Of a stretch of 64,000 nt of DNA, positions 20,217-29,749 are shown in pieces; the stretch's first letter is position 1; each line of letters starts with the position of its first letter. Under the pieces are notes generated by a model. It searched no databases. It saw nothing but the letters and a program-made list of their open reading frames with translations, and was not told the origin of the DNA. This DNA comes from a virus (lineage: Duplodnaviria; Heunggongvirae; Uroviricota; Caudoviricetes; Herelleviridae). Position numbers and translations under genes: made by a program. The stretch is from the IMG/VR virus record IMGVR_UViG_2706795655_000001; one strand, given 5' to 3'.

Positions 20217-20493
20217 GATTACCGATTACATAGAACAGATTGTTACAGCTAAATTGAATCGAGATGGTGAAATGATTCTACGTCTTCAACAGGACTACAC
20301 GAATGAAGTGGTAGACCTAAAGGACGTAGGAGATGCTATCATTAATGCTATGGACGATTTAATTACGCATATAGACACATCACAAGCAATAACGGACGCT
20401 AGACTACGAGCTATCGTAGAAAAGTTACCGGAGGATATACAAAATAACATATATGACGACTTCAAATTACATGAAGACGACTTATTTAACTAA
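20206..20493 (+). CDS. Hypothetical small acidic protein
   Basis: Overlapping start, translationally coupled. Confidence 0.35.
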   Translation: MQSKITDYIEQIVTAKLNRDGEMILRLQQDYTNEVVDLKDVGDAIINAMDDLITHIDTSQAITDARLRAIVEKLPEDIQNNIYDDFKLHEDDLFN

Positions 20494-20509
20494 AGGAGAC
20501 TAAATACAT

Positions 20510-20935
20510 ATGGCAACAAAAACAAAGAAAGAATTACAAGAAGAGATTTTACTAGTAGCACAGGCGGTGGATGTATTACGAAAAGAAACACAAACACCTC
20601 TGAACATTGAAACTATGAAAGTATTAATGGACTACTTATTAAGTGGACAAGTTACTAGCGAAGAGCATGCAGAGCAGATTAAAGACATCACATCTCTTAG
20701 CGCTACAATCTCTGATACTATTCTTATCTCGCGACTATCTTTAACGCAAATCATGGATGAGCTTAACGAGAAGTTAACACGCGTGATGCAAGAAGTATCG
20801 ATTCAAGGTGAAGTACTAGAAAAACTTGGTGCTACAGAAGAAATGTTCCAAGAGGCTGCGGAGGCTTACAATAAGAAAGTAGAAGAAGTATTAGCGGCTC
20901 ATACAGCTAAAAAGGAAGAAGCAGAGGAGAAATAA
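20510..20935 (+). CDS. Hypothetical coiled-coil protein
   Basis: TAAAGGAGAC RBS. E/K-rich C-terminus. Confidence 0.4.
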   Translation: MATKTKKELQEEILLVAQAVDVLRKETQTPLNIETMKVLMDYLLSGQVTSEEHAEQIKDITSLSATISDTILISRLSLTQIMDELNEKLTRVMQEVSIQGEVLEKLGATEEMFQEAAEAYNKKVEEVLAAHTAKKEEAEEK

Positions 20936-20966
20936 TTCTCTGCTCTTTCTTCATAAGGAGGGTAAT

Positions 20967-21212
20967 ATGGTAGAGTTACTTTTGGAAGTAGAGATTTTGG
21001 AGAACGAGTACGAGTGGGACGACATATCTTTAATCGTAGGTAAAAGATACCCTGTAAAAATCGTTAATGACTTCGAGTTCGAGTTTGAAAGCGAAAAAGA
21101 CTTATTGGATGATGGCTTTTATTCTACTACTCTTAACATACCGCATGATTATGACCCAACAACATATAGAATTATTTGTAAAGGAGTGAAGTGTATTGGG
21201 AAAAATGAGTAA
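20967..21212 (+). CDS. Hypothetical small protein
   Basis: CATAAGGAGGG RBS. Confidence 0.4.
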   Translation: MVELLLEVEILENEYEWDDISLIVGKRYPVKIVNDFEFEFESEKDLLDDGFYSTTLNIPHDYDPTTYRIICKGVKCIGKNE

Positions 21213-21747
21213 GACGAAAGGCGCAGGATACGAAAATAAGATTGCGAAAGAGCTTTCTGATATGTGGGGAGGTAAATTCTCACGCGTACCTGCTTCTGGT
21301 GGATTACATTGGGGGAGTGACCAACGTGTGGCTGGAGATATTATTCCGCCACTAGGTATGAAGTTCCCATTTGTAGTAGAGTGTAAGAAACGCGAAGGAT
21401 TCGATTTATCACACCTGTTCAAAAACATCGGTCAGATTAAAGAGTGGTGGAACCAAGTCGTAATGGACTCTCGTAGATTAAAAGTACATGGTGTATCGCC
21501 TCTATTAATCTTCTCGAAGAACCGTGAAATTAGTTACATCTTACTTCCGTATAGTGATGAAGTATACGATAAGTTAAACAAGCACTTCCCTGTATCAAGA
21601 CAAACAGTGAGTTTCTTGGATATCCGTGAAGAGGAAAACTACTTTGATACATTGCTAACTACGATGGATGGTTTCAAGTCATTAGACTTAACTTTTTTAT
21701 GGGAAACCTATCACGAGTTCCCGTGGGATATTCAAAATCCACAATAA
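21196..21747 (+). CDS. Holliday junction resolvase, archaeal Hjc-like (PD-(D/E)xK)
   Basis: Motif series KGAGYENKIAKEL ... RVPASGG ... GDII ... FVVECKKRE matches the Hjc catalytic-motif layout. TTG start 9 nt after AAGGAG. Confidence 0.55.
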   Translation: MGKMSKTKGAGYENKIAKELSDMWGGKFSRVPASGGLHWGSDQRVAGDIIPPLGMKFPFVVECKKREGFDLSHLFKNIGQIKEWWNQVVMDSRRLKVHGVSPLLIFSKNREISYILLPYSDEVYDKLNKHFPVSRQTVSFLDIREEENYFDTLLTTMDGFKSLDLTFLWETYHEFPWDIQNPQ

Positions 21748-21824
21748 ACATTAAAATACATAAAGTTTTGATATATTATAACTTGTATACATTTAACACA
21801 TGAGGGAAGAGGGGATTTAAAGGC

Positions 21825-24146
21825 ATGACATTAATTACAAAAGATAGAGGCACCTACACACAAGAAATTAGATTCGTTAGAGAACGATTTAACTACTTTG
21901 TAGACAGCATCTTAGAAGAAACAAATAATAAAGAAGCAATTGAAGCATCAGATATTGAAGAGATTAAGAATGCAGTAATCAGTATGGTAGAGGCAAAGAA
22001 AGAAGTAGAAGCGGACAAGCTATTTACATTCTTAATTCGAGAAACACAATCTCGTATTAAATTATCGAACCTACCGTTAGCTAATTTCGCATCTGCGGTA
22101 TACTTACGACAGCTATACAAACAAGCTAGTAAACTACGTGGATTCGATTACAAAGAAGGATACGGAGACTACGCTTCACACGTAACAGCAATGGTAGAGC
22201 GCGGAAAGTATTCAGAAGTATTATTAGACATCTATACACGAGAAGAGCTGCAAGAAGCTGGTAAGCTAATCAATAAAGATAGTGACCGCAAGTTTAGTTA
22301 TAGCGGACTTCAAACTTTAACAAAAACATACTTAGCTAAGAATGATAAAGGACTAGTAATGGAGCTTCCCCAAGAGCGATTCCTTACAGTAGCTTTATAC
22401 TTAATGAGTATTGAGAAGAAGAAAGACCGTATGAAGTACGTTAAGAAAGCATACTGGGCTTTACTAAATCATTACATCGGATTAGCAACACCAACACTTA
22501 AAAATGCAGGTGCGCCACATGGTTCGTTATCTTCTTGCCATATCTTAACAATGGATGACACGATTGATAGTATCTTCGATGTAGCGAAACAAGTAGCTAT
22601 CTTCTCGAAAAATGGTTCTGGTATTGGAGTATTCGCTGGATTCTTACGCGCCCGTGGTTCTCGTATCCGTGGAGTGAAAGTACAGAACAACGGTGTTATT
22701 CACCCAGCACGACTACTATCTGTATTAGCAGAGTATGTAGACCAAACAGGAACACGTAAAGCCGGAGTATCCATCTACTTACCTGTATGGCATGCAGATA
22801 TTAAAGACTTCTTAGAGCTACGACTAAAAACTGGTTCACAAGAGAAGCGCGCTCATTCTGTTACAACAGCAGTAACTATCCCGGATGAGTTTATGAGACG
22901 ATTACATAACAAGGAACTATTCACTATCTTCGACCCGACAGAGGTTAAGAAGAAGTTAGGCGTAGATTTAAACATGCAATACGATAAGAAACGTCTACAA
23001 GATGGTGAAGAGCCTAATGAGAAAGACCATGCATTTACATACTGGTACCGCAAAGCAGAAGAACTAGACTTAGAGATTAAAGAAGTAGTAAAAGCTACTG
23101 ACATCTACAAATCTATCTTCGTTAGTCGTAAAACAGGCGGTACACCTTACATGTACTGGAGCGATACATCAGCACGTCAGAATCCTAATGGACACGTTGG
23201 TATGCCATTCGCATCAAATCTCTGCACAGAGATTATTCAGAACATGGAATATGACGAGATTGTTGAAAACGGTTTAGATGAGAACGGATACATCGTACTA
23301 AAACTTAAAGGTGATGGGTTAGTAACTTGTAACTTAAGTTCTTTAGTTGGTCATAATACCCACGACCTAGACGAAGAGACATACCAAGAAGTAGTAGACA
23401 TCCAGTTCCGTATGCTAGATAACGTAATCTCGATGGGACGATTATCCGTTCATCAGGCTAAACAAACCAACGACTTATACCGAGCTGTAGGTGCCGGATA
23501 CTTAGGTATGGCAACCTTAATGACAGATAAAGGTATTCCGTGGGAATCAGAAAAAGCAACTGAGTTTGTAGGAGAAGAATTTAAACGCTACTTGAAAGCA
23601 CAAATTAAGGCTTCACATAAGTTAGCTGTAGAGAAAGGTTCTTATCCGCTTTATGAGGGGTCTGACTGGGCGACAGGAGCGTTCTTCGATAAAAGGGGTC
23701 TAGTTGGGTCTGAATGGGATGAACTACGTTCTATGGCTTCGGTAGGCATGCGAAATGGTTACACGGCTGCGGTAGCTCCTACAGCATCGAACAGTATCAT
23801 CATGAATGGTTCTCCATCTATGGATGCTCCTTACGATGTAGCATACACAGAGAATAAGTCTGGTATGAACGTTCTAATTGTTCCACCAAACTACAACAAC
23901 AGAACAAAATGGTTCTATAAATCTGGTTTCGAGATGGATGAAATGTGGTCTATCAATCACGTAGCAGAAGCACAGAAATATATTGACCAAGCAGTTTCAC
24001 ATAACATGCACGTATCCTCGAACATCAAAGGTTCAGAGTTATTACGATTAGATATGGCTGCATGGGATAAAGGTTTAAAAACAATCTACTATACTCATAC
24101 AGAGGATAGAGAGAAACCGGAAGATTGCATTATGTGTGCAGGTTAA
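21825..24146 (+). CDS. nrdE: Ribonucleotide reductase large subunit (class I, NrdE-like)
   Basis: 773 aa. Active-site NLCTEI, and C-terminal Cys pair in CIMCAG. Followed by nrdF and nrdI. Confidence 0.8.
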   Translation: MTLITKDRGTYTQEIRFVRERFNYFVDSILEETNNKEAIEASDIEEIKNAVISMVEAKKEVEADKLFTFLIRETQSRIKLSNLPLANFASAVYLRQLYKQASKLRGFDYKEGYGDYASHVTAMVERGKYSEVLLDIYTREELQEAGKLINKDSDRKFSYSGLQTLTKTYLAKNDKGLVMELPQERFLTVALYLMSIEKKKDRMKYVKKAYWALLNHYIGLATPTLKNAGAPHGSLSSCHILTMDDTIDSIFDVAKQVAIFSKNGSGIGVFAGFLRARGSRIRGVKVQNNGVIHPARLLSVLAEYVDQTGTRKAGVSIYLPVWHADIKDFLELRLKTGSQEKRAHSVTTAVTIPDEFMRRLHNKELFTIFDPTEVKKKLGVDLNMQYDKKRLQDGEEPNEKDHAFTYWYRKAEELDLEIKEVVKATDIYKSIFVSRKTGGTPYMYWSDTSARQNPNGHVGMPFASNLCTEIIQNMEYDEIVENGLDENGYIVLKLKGDGLVTCNLSSLVGHNTHDLDEETYQEVVDIQFRMLDNVISMGRLSVHQAKQTNDLYRAVGAGYLGMATLMTDKGIPWESEKATEFVGEEFKRYLKAQIKASHKLAVEKGSYPLYEGSDWATGAFFDKRGLVGSEWDELRSMASVGMRNGYTAAVAPTASNSIIMNGSPSMDAPYDVAYTENKSGMNVLIVPPNYNNRTKWFYKSGFEMDEMWSINHVAEAQKYIDQAVSHNMHVSSNIKGSELLRLDMAAWDKGLKTIYYTHTEDREKPEDCIMCAG

Positions 24147-24264
24147 TATGAAACACTTACTAGTCTCTGCGTACTTCTGGGTAGATGAGTTACATCATAG
24201 ATTTCATAAGTGGATGAGAGAAAGAGTGTTTAAAGGTTGGTATTGAAAATCTAGTAAAATTTAA

Positions 24265-24293
24265 TTGACAAAAAATACAGAATAGTGTATAGT
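24265..24293 (+). promoter_or_regulatory. Sigma-A-type promoter TTGACA-N17-TATAGT
   Basis: Verified spacing. The leader contains a TGTAAGA...TCTTACA hairpin at about 24297-24334. Confidence 0.55.
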
Positions 24294-24361
24294 ATTACTT
24301 GTAAGAGTGAGTCCTTTATAGTAATATCTTACACTATTTTTATTTATAAGGAGGAAAATGG

Positions 24362-24607
24362 TTGGAAGAGACAGTAAAGTTGACAGGCAAGTTCCTAGTA
24401 GTAGAAGTTTTAAAGAAAACCAGTGCAAAAGGTTTCAAAGATGTAAAGGAAGACGACGTACTTTATTTCGAATGGGATTTAGATGGACACTACAAAGGGG
24501 CGCCATACGTAGATTGCTATGTTCGCGGAGAATTTGTAGATAGCAAAAATGGAATGACAGTTAAAACTCTACTTCATGAGAATTTCTTAGTAGAGGAGAC
24601 TAGCTAA
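24362..24607 (+). CDS. Hypothetical small protein (between nrdE and nrdF)
   Basis: TTG start 7 nt after AAGGAGG. The overlapping ATG ORF 24358..24543 is Arg-rich and was rejected. Confidence 0.45.
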   Translation: MEETVKLTGKFLVVEVLKKTSAKGFKDVKEDDVLYFEWDLDGHYKGAPYVDCYVRGEFVDSKNGMTVKTLLHENFLVEETS

Positions 24608-24816
24608 TGATACATAACCGAGATGATGTGAAAGCAGTTATTGAAGAGTTAGAAGTTTCTGACCATATGGATATTGTAGGTTTCGTTAACATCTGGTCTA
24701 ACGGTGTTAAGATTCGTCGATATCAGGGACAGGACAAGCTTAACTACGGAGAAACAAGTAAAGACAAAGGCTACAAAAAGATGGTAGCTATTTTAGTAGA
24801 AGTTGAGGAGGAATAG
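24607..24816 (+). CDS. Hypothetical small protein
   Basis: ATG after AGGAGA. Confidence 0.4.
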   Translation: MIHNRDDVKAVIEELEVSDHMDIVGFVNIWSNGVKIRRYQGQDKLNYGETSKDKGYKKMVAILVEVEEE

Positions 24817-24817
24817 A

Positions 24818-25336
24818 ATGTATAGATGGCATAATGATGATTTTGAGTTTGAAGGATTAGTAGGTAAAACGTTCACGCGTATCGATAAAAAAGGTTCGGA
24901 CGAGCTAGTATTCTATGATACAGATGGAGAGATTTATGTAATGTATCATGAGCAAGATTGCTGTGAGTCTGTTTATATCGAAGATATTGACGGAGATTTA
25001 GAAGATTTATTACATAGCCCGATTTTAATGGCGGAAGAAGTTAGACAAGCAGGTAAAGACTCTGATTGGGGTACATCGACTTGGACGTTCTACAAGATTG
25101 CAACAATCAAAGGAACAGTAACATTACGCTGGTTAGGGGAATCGAATGGTTACTATTCAGAGTCGGTAGACTTTGTTCGTGTAACAAATGAAGATGACAA
25201 GCGCAGTTACCAAGATGAACCCGAAGAGAAGGAAGAAGAAAAACCTAAAGAAGTTTACTTTATGATAAACGGACAGGTACTTGCTAAAGCGCAACCAATC
25301 AGTACAGGATATTCGAATTTAAAATCATTAGATTAA
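24818..25336 (+). CDS. Hypothetical acidic protein
   Basis: ATG at 24818 lies 5 nt after GAGGAGG. The track start at 24803 falls inside that RBS. Confidence 0.45.
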   Translation: MYRWHNDDFEFEGLVGKTFTRIDKKGSDELVFYDTDGEIYVMYHEQDCCESVYIEDIDGDLEDLLHSPILMAEEVRQAGKDSDWGTSTWTFYKIATIKGTVTLRWLGESNGYYSESVDFVRVTNEDDKRSYQDEPEEKEEEKPKEVYFMINGQVLAKAQPISTGYSNLKSLD

Positions 25337-25353
25337 AGGAGTAGATACATAAC

Positions 25354-26460
25354 ATGTTCAATAAAGTAACAACAGAAAAACCATTCCGTATTTATAATGC
25401 GATGCATCCTAACCGTGCTACTAAGTTATTCGGTGGCGTGGCTAGTGGGATTCGTAACTGGGATGACCAACTAGTAGATACATGGCTAGATTACCAGAAA
25501 GCTCTATTCGCGGAGTATTGGGTTCCAGAAGAAGTTAGAATGGGTAAAGACATCGAGCAATATAAACAAGAATTAACAGCAGCAGAACGAGTAGCGTATG
25601 AGCGCGTATCAGGCGCATTGAACTGGTTAGATTCAATGGCTAGTGATATTGTAACAATGCTATTCTTAACTACATCAGACCCAGCTCTACGAACTGTACT
25701 AACATTGATTGCATCATTCGAAACTATGCATAACGTATCATACGAACATATGACATCAACTGTAATCGGTTTTGAAGAGAAGCAGAAAGAGTTTGCTAAA
25801 GTACGTGAGCTACCATTACTAGCGAAACGTAATGACTTCATCTTAAAAGAGCTAGAAGAAATGGTAGACATGCTACGAGGTAAACTAGCGCAAGGAGGTA
25901 CAATCACATTTACAGAAGAGGAAATCACGGTTCTATTTAAAGGCTTAGTAGCTTACCAGATTCTAGAGGGTGAATTTTTCTCTGGTGGATTCGTATACTT
26001 CCACTCATTAGCTCGTGACAATAAGATGATTGAGTCCAACAACCTAATCAACTTAATCAAAGCAGACGAGAACCAACACTCTGAAATCTTCGGGTTAATC
26101 ATTAAAGTGTTAGTGACAGAGAATCCTCATTTAAACAAACCGGAGTTAATGGATTGGGCAATGAACTATATCCGTAAAGCAGTAGAGCTAGAGAAAGAAT
26201 GGACAGCTTGGTTGTATCAGGATATCGACACATTATCCGTTGCAGAGTACCATGATTACGCTGAGTACTTAGCTAACTTAATTTGCCGTAACGCTGGGTT
26301 ACAAGAACCATTCCCAAGCAATTCGGAGCTTAAGTCTAAATGGATTGTTACATACGGTAGTAAGTCTAAAGGTGCAGGAGAAATCGCGCCTAAATCAGAC
26401 TTCTTACAAGGAAATGCAATTAACTACAAACACGAGGATGGGGACGACTTTGACCTCTAA
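25354..26460 (+). CDS. nrdF: Ribonucleotide reductase small subunit (class Ib NrdF-like)
   Basis: Ferritin-like di-metal ligand motifs, including E..H in FETMHNVSYEHM and ENQHSEIF. 368 aa. Confidence 0.75.
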   Translation: MFNKVTTEKPFRIYNAMHPNRATKLFGGVASGIRNWDDQLVDTWLDYQKALFAEYWVPEEVRMGKDIEQYKQELTAAERVAYERVSGALNWLDSMASDIVTMLFLTTSDPALRTVLTLIASFETMHNVSYEHMTSTVIGFEEKQKEFAKVRELPLLAKRNDFILKELEEMVDMLRGKLAQGGTITFTEEEITVLFKGLVAYQILEGEFFSGGFVYFHSLARDNKMIESNNLINLIKADENQHSEIFGLIIKVLVTENPHLNKPELMDWAMNYIRKAVELEKEWTAWLYQDIDTLSVAEYHDYAEYLANLICRNAGLQEPFPSNSELKSKWIVTYGSKSKGAGEIAPKSDFLQGNAINYKHEDGDDFDL

Positions 26461-26473
26461 AAAGAAAGCTACT

Positions 26474-26899
26474 ATGTTTGTATATTCTAAGAAGGGGAAT
26501 ACCACTGGTATTCTCGAACTCTTAGATGAGAGTTATTTTGAGTACATATTTGAAGTTAATAATAAAACGGTTCCAGCAGAAGTAGAACGAGCATTTTCCG
26601 ACAGCGACGTACTTTTCATCGGGGTTCCTACTTATTTCCCTACCTACCAGAAAGAGCCTAACTACCCTGCTTACTTGCATGCTTTCGAGTATGTAATCAA
26701 GTACTTAGAAGGTAAAGAGATTGTAGTATTCGGTAGTGGTAGAAGTGAATACGAGCTATTCTGTGGAGCTGTAGATTATTTAGGTGATTATCTTAGTGTA
26801 AAGAATAAAGTACATAAATTTAAGTTCGAGGGATTCCCAAAAGTCTCTGAACAAAAATACTTTAAATGGATGGTGGAGGGTATCTTACATGATAAATAG
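26474..26899 (+). CDS. nrdI: NrdI-like flavodoxin
   Basis: MFVYSKKGNTTG flavodoxin-like N-terminus. Position immediately 3' of nrdF. The in-frame ATG at 26474 was chosen over the overlapping track start at 26345. Confidence 0.5.
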   Translation: MFVYSKKGNTTGILELLDESYFEYIFEVNNKTVPAEVERAFSDSDVLFIGVPTYFPTYQKEPNYPAYLHAFEYVIKYLEGKEIVVFGSGRSEYELFCGAVDYLGDYLSVKNKVHKFKFEGFPKVSEQKYFKWMVEGILHDK

Positions 26900-27347
26900 T
26901 GTTGTGTTAGTTGTTGGAGAAGAAACGGAAGAAGTCAATAAGATTAGAGATTATTTAACTGAGAAAGATGTATTTTTTGAAGAAACTGAGCATGATTTAT
27001 CAAATGCGAGTATGGTTAAATTAGGTGTTTTTAAGGCTCCTACCGTAATTTTGTTTAACGCGCATGATGAAGAACTTATACGTCTTTTAGGGTTCGATGA
27101 AATCATTTTAGGTGTTATTGTGAAGCGATATAAAGAGAGTATAACGTCTGAGTGGGAGAAAGCTCACTACGAATTCAAACTACATAAGAAACGTACAGGT
27201 GAAGAGAATTGGTACCTGCTTAGTCACTTGAAGTGGGGTACTGGGGAGAACTATTTAGAGCGTAACTGGAGAGCGATTCAAGAACAACGAGAGCAAGAAA
27301 AACGTAAAGAGTTATTTCTCAAGTTGCAAGCGGAAGGTAAAATCTAA
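26889..27347 (+). CDS. Thioredoxin-fold-like protein lacking cysteines
   Basis: APTVILFN cis-Pro motif and a GFDE element parallel the neighbouring redoxin. No CxxC. Confidence 0.3.
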   Translation: MINSVVLVVGEETEEVNKIRDYLTEKDVFFEETEHDLSNASMVKLGVFKAPTVILFNAHDEELIRLLGFDEIILGVIVKRYKESITSEWEKAHYEFKLHKKRTGEENWYLLSHLKWGTGENYLERNWRAIQEQREQEKRKELFLKLQAEGKI

Positions 27348-27619
27348 TGGAAGACAAATTATTGAATGATAAGGTTATGGGTGAAGTAGCTAACATGTGT
27401 AAAGAACTTAATGACCATCTTGAAATGCTGCGTAGCATGACTCCAGAGGAATGTGAAGACTACAACATCAAAAGGTATGTAGAACAATATTTCTCTTTCT
27501 TTAAAGATGTGTATGGAGAGAATCCGAAGTACGACTACACACGAGATGGAGATAAGATAAATGTAAAGGTCTATCCGTATCAGCCATTAGATTACATAAC
27601 TGTAGAAATCAAATTATAA
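27347..27619 (+). CDS. Hypothetical small protein
   Basis: GGAAGG RBS. Confidence 0.4.
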   Translation: MEDKLLNDKVMGEVANMCKELNDHLEMLRSMTPEECEDYNIKRYVEQYFSFFKDVYGENPKYDYTRDGDKINVKVYPYQPLDYITVEIKL

Positions 27620-27630
27620 GGAGAATGAAG

Positions 27631-27900
27631 ATGAAGAAATTAGTTAAATTTGAACAACCGGGTTGCGCTCCGTGTGCAATGGTAAGCAATTATTTAAAAG
27701 AAGAGTTACACGTACCACATGAATCGATTGATGTCACAGTACATCCGGAGTTCGCGGCACATTATGAATTAGCTTCTGTACCAACTGTATTACTATTAGA
27801 AGTAGGTAAACAGGAAGACGTAATCGGTGAAGAACTTGGTCGCTCTATTAAATTCAACCCAGAAGAGTTAGATGAATTAGTAGCGAAGTTACGAGGTTAA
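27631..27900 (+). CDS. Thioredoxin/NrdH-like redoxin (CAPC active site)
   Basis: FEQPGCAPCAM CxxC motif and a VPTVLL cis-Pro motif. Second ATG chosen on RBS spacing. Adjacent to the RNR genes. Confidence 0.6.
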   Translation: MKKLVKFEQPGCAPCAMVSNYLKEELHVPHESIDVTVHPEFAAHYELASVPTVLLLEVGKQEDVIGEELGRSIKFNPEELDELVAKLRG

Positions 27901-27901
27901 C

Positions 27902-28198
27902 ATGCACACATTAAGCAGTATAGCTGACGTAGCTATGAAAGAGTTTGACGTTAAGTACATAAGAGTGTTCGACAACATGGGGAAAATATCTTTCCACTTT
28001 CAAAAGAAAGATTACAAAAGAATAACGAAGGAAATGATAACGAAATTTGAATACAAATGTAGACCTGCTGGGGTTTACTTTACTTACGAGGGGGAAAGTA
28101 AATGGACTGTAATAACAAATACTGCGTTTGGAATATGTTTGACCAATGCTGTCCGGACAGTGAAGAACGGTTTAATGAAGCTACTCCGAATGAACTAG
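27902..28198 (+). CDS. Hypothetical small protein
   Basis: ATG after GAGG. Its 3' end overlaps the next ORF by 97 nt. Confidence 0.35.
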   Translation: MHTLSSIADVAMKEFDVKYIRVFDNMGKISFHFQKKDYKRITKEMITKFEYKCRPAGVYFTYEGESKWTVITNTAFGICLTNAVRTVKNGLMKLLRMN

Positions 28199-28593
28199 AT
28201 TGTCCGTCGTCAATACGAGAGGATTTACAAGCCGGGGTTTACCATTTATACTATCGGATTTTAGACTCTATTGACGATATGGCTTATGACGACAGACTTA
28301 AAATTTTAATCTTTATGCTGAACCAACGAGACGAAGGTATAAATTTACATAAAGAGTTGGAAATAGTTTCTCCCGGTACTTTAATATATATGTATGCGGG
28401 AAGAAGAAAACTAAGCGAATTATTGGAAATCAATAAATACATAGATAACATGTACCAGCCAATCAATCGTCCGTGGCAGATTGAAATCTTACCAGATGAT
28501 GAGTCTAACCTTAAGAGTGTATCTGGTGTACGACCTTCGTTAAGTGAAATAACAGAGGAGGATATGCAGAAGTGGAAATCAAAACAAAAGTAG
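28102..28593 (+). CDS. Hypothetical Cys-rich N-terminus protein
   Basis: ATG 6 nt after GAGGGGGAAAG. Starts inside the previous ORF in a different frame. Confidence 0.4.
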   Translation: MDCNNKYCVWNMFDQCCPDSEERFNEATPNELDCPSSIREDLQAGVYHLYYRILDSIDDMAYDDRLKILIFMLNQRDEGINLHKELEIVSPGTLIYMYAGRRKLSELLEINKYIDNMYQPINRPWQIEILPDDESNLKSVSGVRPSLSEITEEDMQKWKSKQK

Positions 28594-28790
28594 AAGGAGA
28601 CTTGTTTATTTGTTACTGTGATGACGCTGGAGCCGAGTTTGATATTTATATCGACATCAACACAGCTAAAGTAGATTCAGTAGGTGTAGGTGACCTAACA
28701 GTAGCGAACCTTATAGCTGCAACGAAGAAAGCGAAGAAGCTATTCGTAAACTACCTTATCGATACAAGGAGTGAGAGTTTCTTCGGATGA
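28572..28790 (+). CDS. Hypothetical small protein
   Basis: GTG start 10 nt after GAGGAGG. Confidence 0.35.
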   Translation: MEIKTKVEGDLFICYCDDAGAEFDIYIDINTAKVDSVGVGDLTVANLIAATKKAKKLFVNYLIDTRSESFFG

Positions 28791-28911
28791 GTGACTTCTG
28801 GTTCCTAGTCATTTACATGAGTCCTATCATTCTTGGGTGGGTAATATGGGTAGCAGCAGAGATATACTGGGCAATAACCGGAGAGTTCGACTATTAACAA
28901 AACCCCACTAA

Positions 28912-28940
28912 GTAGAGGAGCATTTAGCCTCTACTTTTTT
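28912..28940 (+). terminator. Rho-independent terminator
   Basis: GTAGAGG-loop-CCTCTAC hairpin plus TTTTTT. Confidence 0.6.
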
Positions 28941-28944
28941 GTTT
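28936..28944 (+). promoter_or_regulatory. Extended -10 element TGGTATAAT (no clear -35)
   Basis: Follows the terminator immediately, upstream of 28991. Confidence 0.4.
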
Positions 28945-28990
28945 ATGGTATAATTAAGATAGAGGAAATAAAATATAAGGAGTTAAACAA

Positions 28991-29749
28991 ATGTCTAGAA
29001 AAAGAATTTTGAATGTTTACAATACTGACCGCTCTAAGAATGTGAACTTGACAACAGCACAAAAAGAAGGGGATGCAATTAAGGTCACACGATTAAACGA
29101 AGAAGAATTGGAAGCTACTATGACAGAATTAGAAAATAAATCAGAATTATTCCCAGTACGTGACGATAATAAGTATCTAGTATTTAAACAGAAGTACGGC
29201 AATGATACATTACAAGATAAGATTTTTAAACACGGAGGATTCGTACAATACTACAGCACAGGGAAAGCACCTGTACCCGTTATCACTTCATTAGCACAAG
29301 TACCACAATCGGAAATCATTTATGCTTGTCAAAAGGAGCATACATTAGAAGATGTAAAGAATGTGCAGTTATCATCAATGGCTACTAGTGTTGTAATCGA
29401 TGTACCAATTGTATTACCGGATATCAATGTATACGACTACTTATTCTCTTTATACCCATTACGTTACCACGTAGATAAGGTTCGCGTGTCATTCCCGGCA
29501 TTAGCAAAAGAAGAGATTCAAGACCGTCACAAGAAGTACTATAGACTTCGTAATGGTAAGTACTATATGAAGCCGGAATACAAGTACGAATGCTTCTGTC
29601 ATTTACAAGACCCATTATCGACATGGAAGATGAATATCTGGTTAGTATGTGATGATGAGAGAGATAAAAAGAAAGTGGATGAATTAATAGAAAAGGATAA
29701 TAAGAAGTTTAAGTACACGAACCACGTATCTCTCATGGAGGGTTGCTGA
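28991..29749 (+). CDS. Hypothetical protein (252 aa)
   Basis: AAGGAG RBS. No recognizable motif. Confidence 0.45.
   Translation: MSRKRILNVYNTDRSKNVNLTTAQKEGDAIKVTRLNEEELEATMTELENKSELFPVRDDNKYLVFKQKYGNDTLQDKIFKHGGFVQYYSTGKAPVPVITSLAQVPQSEIIYACQKEHTLEDVKNVQLSSMATSVVIDVPIVLPDINVYDYLFSLYPLRYHVDKVRVSFPALAKEEIQDRHKKYYRLRNGKYYMKPEYKYECFCHLQDPLSTWKMNIWLVCDDERDKKKVDELIEKDNKKFKYTNHVSLMEGC

Noticed and set aside
24148-24246. 32-aa ORF (MKHLLVSAYFW...) starting at the nrdE stop codon.
   Set aside because: There is no SD. It lies upstream of the 24265 promoter. It is too short and lacks support.
24358-24543. ATG-initiated 61-aa ORF overlapping the 24362 gene.
   Set aside because: It is extremely Arg-rich (RRRTLFRMGFRW...). 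Its ATG is only 3 nt from the SD. The +1 frame starting at TTG 24362 has normal composition and correct spacing.
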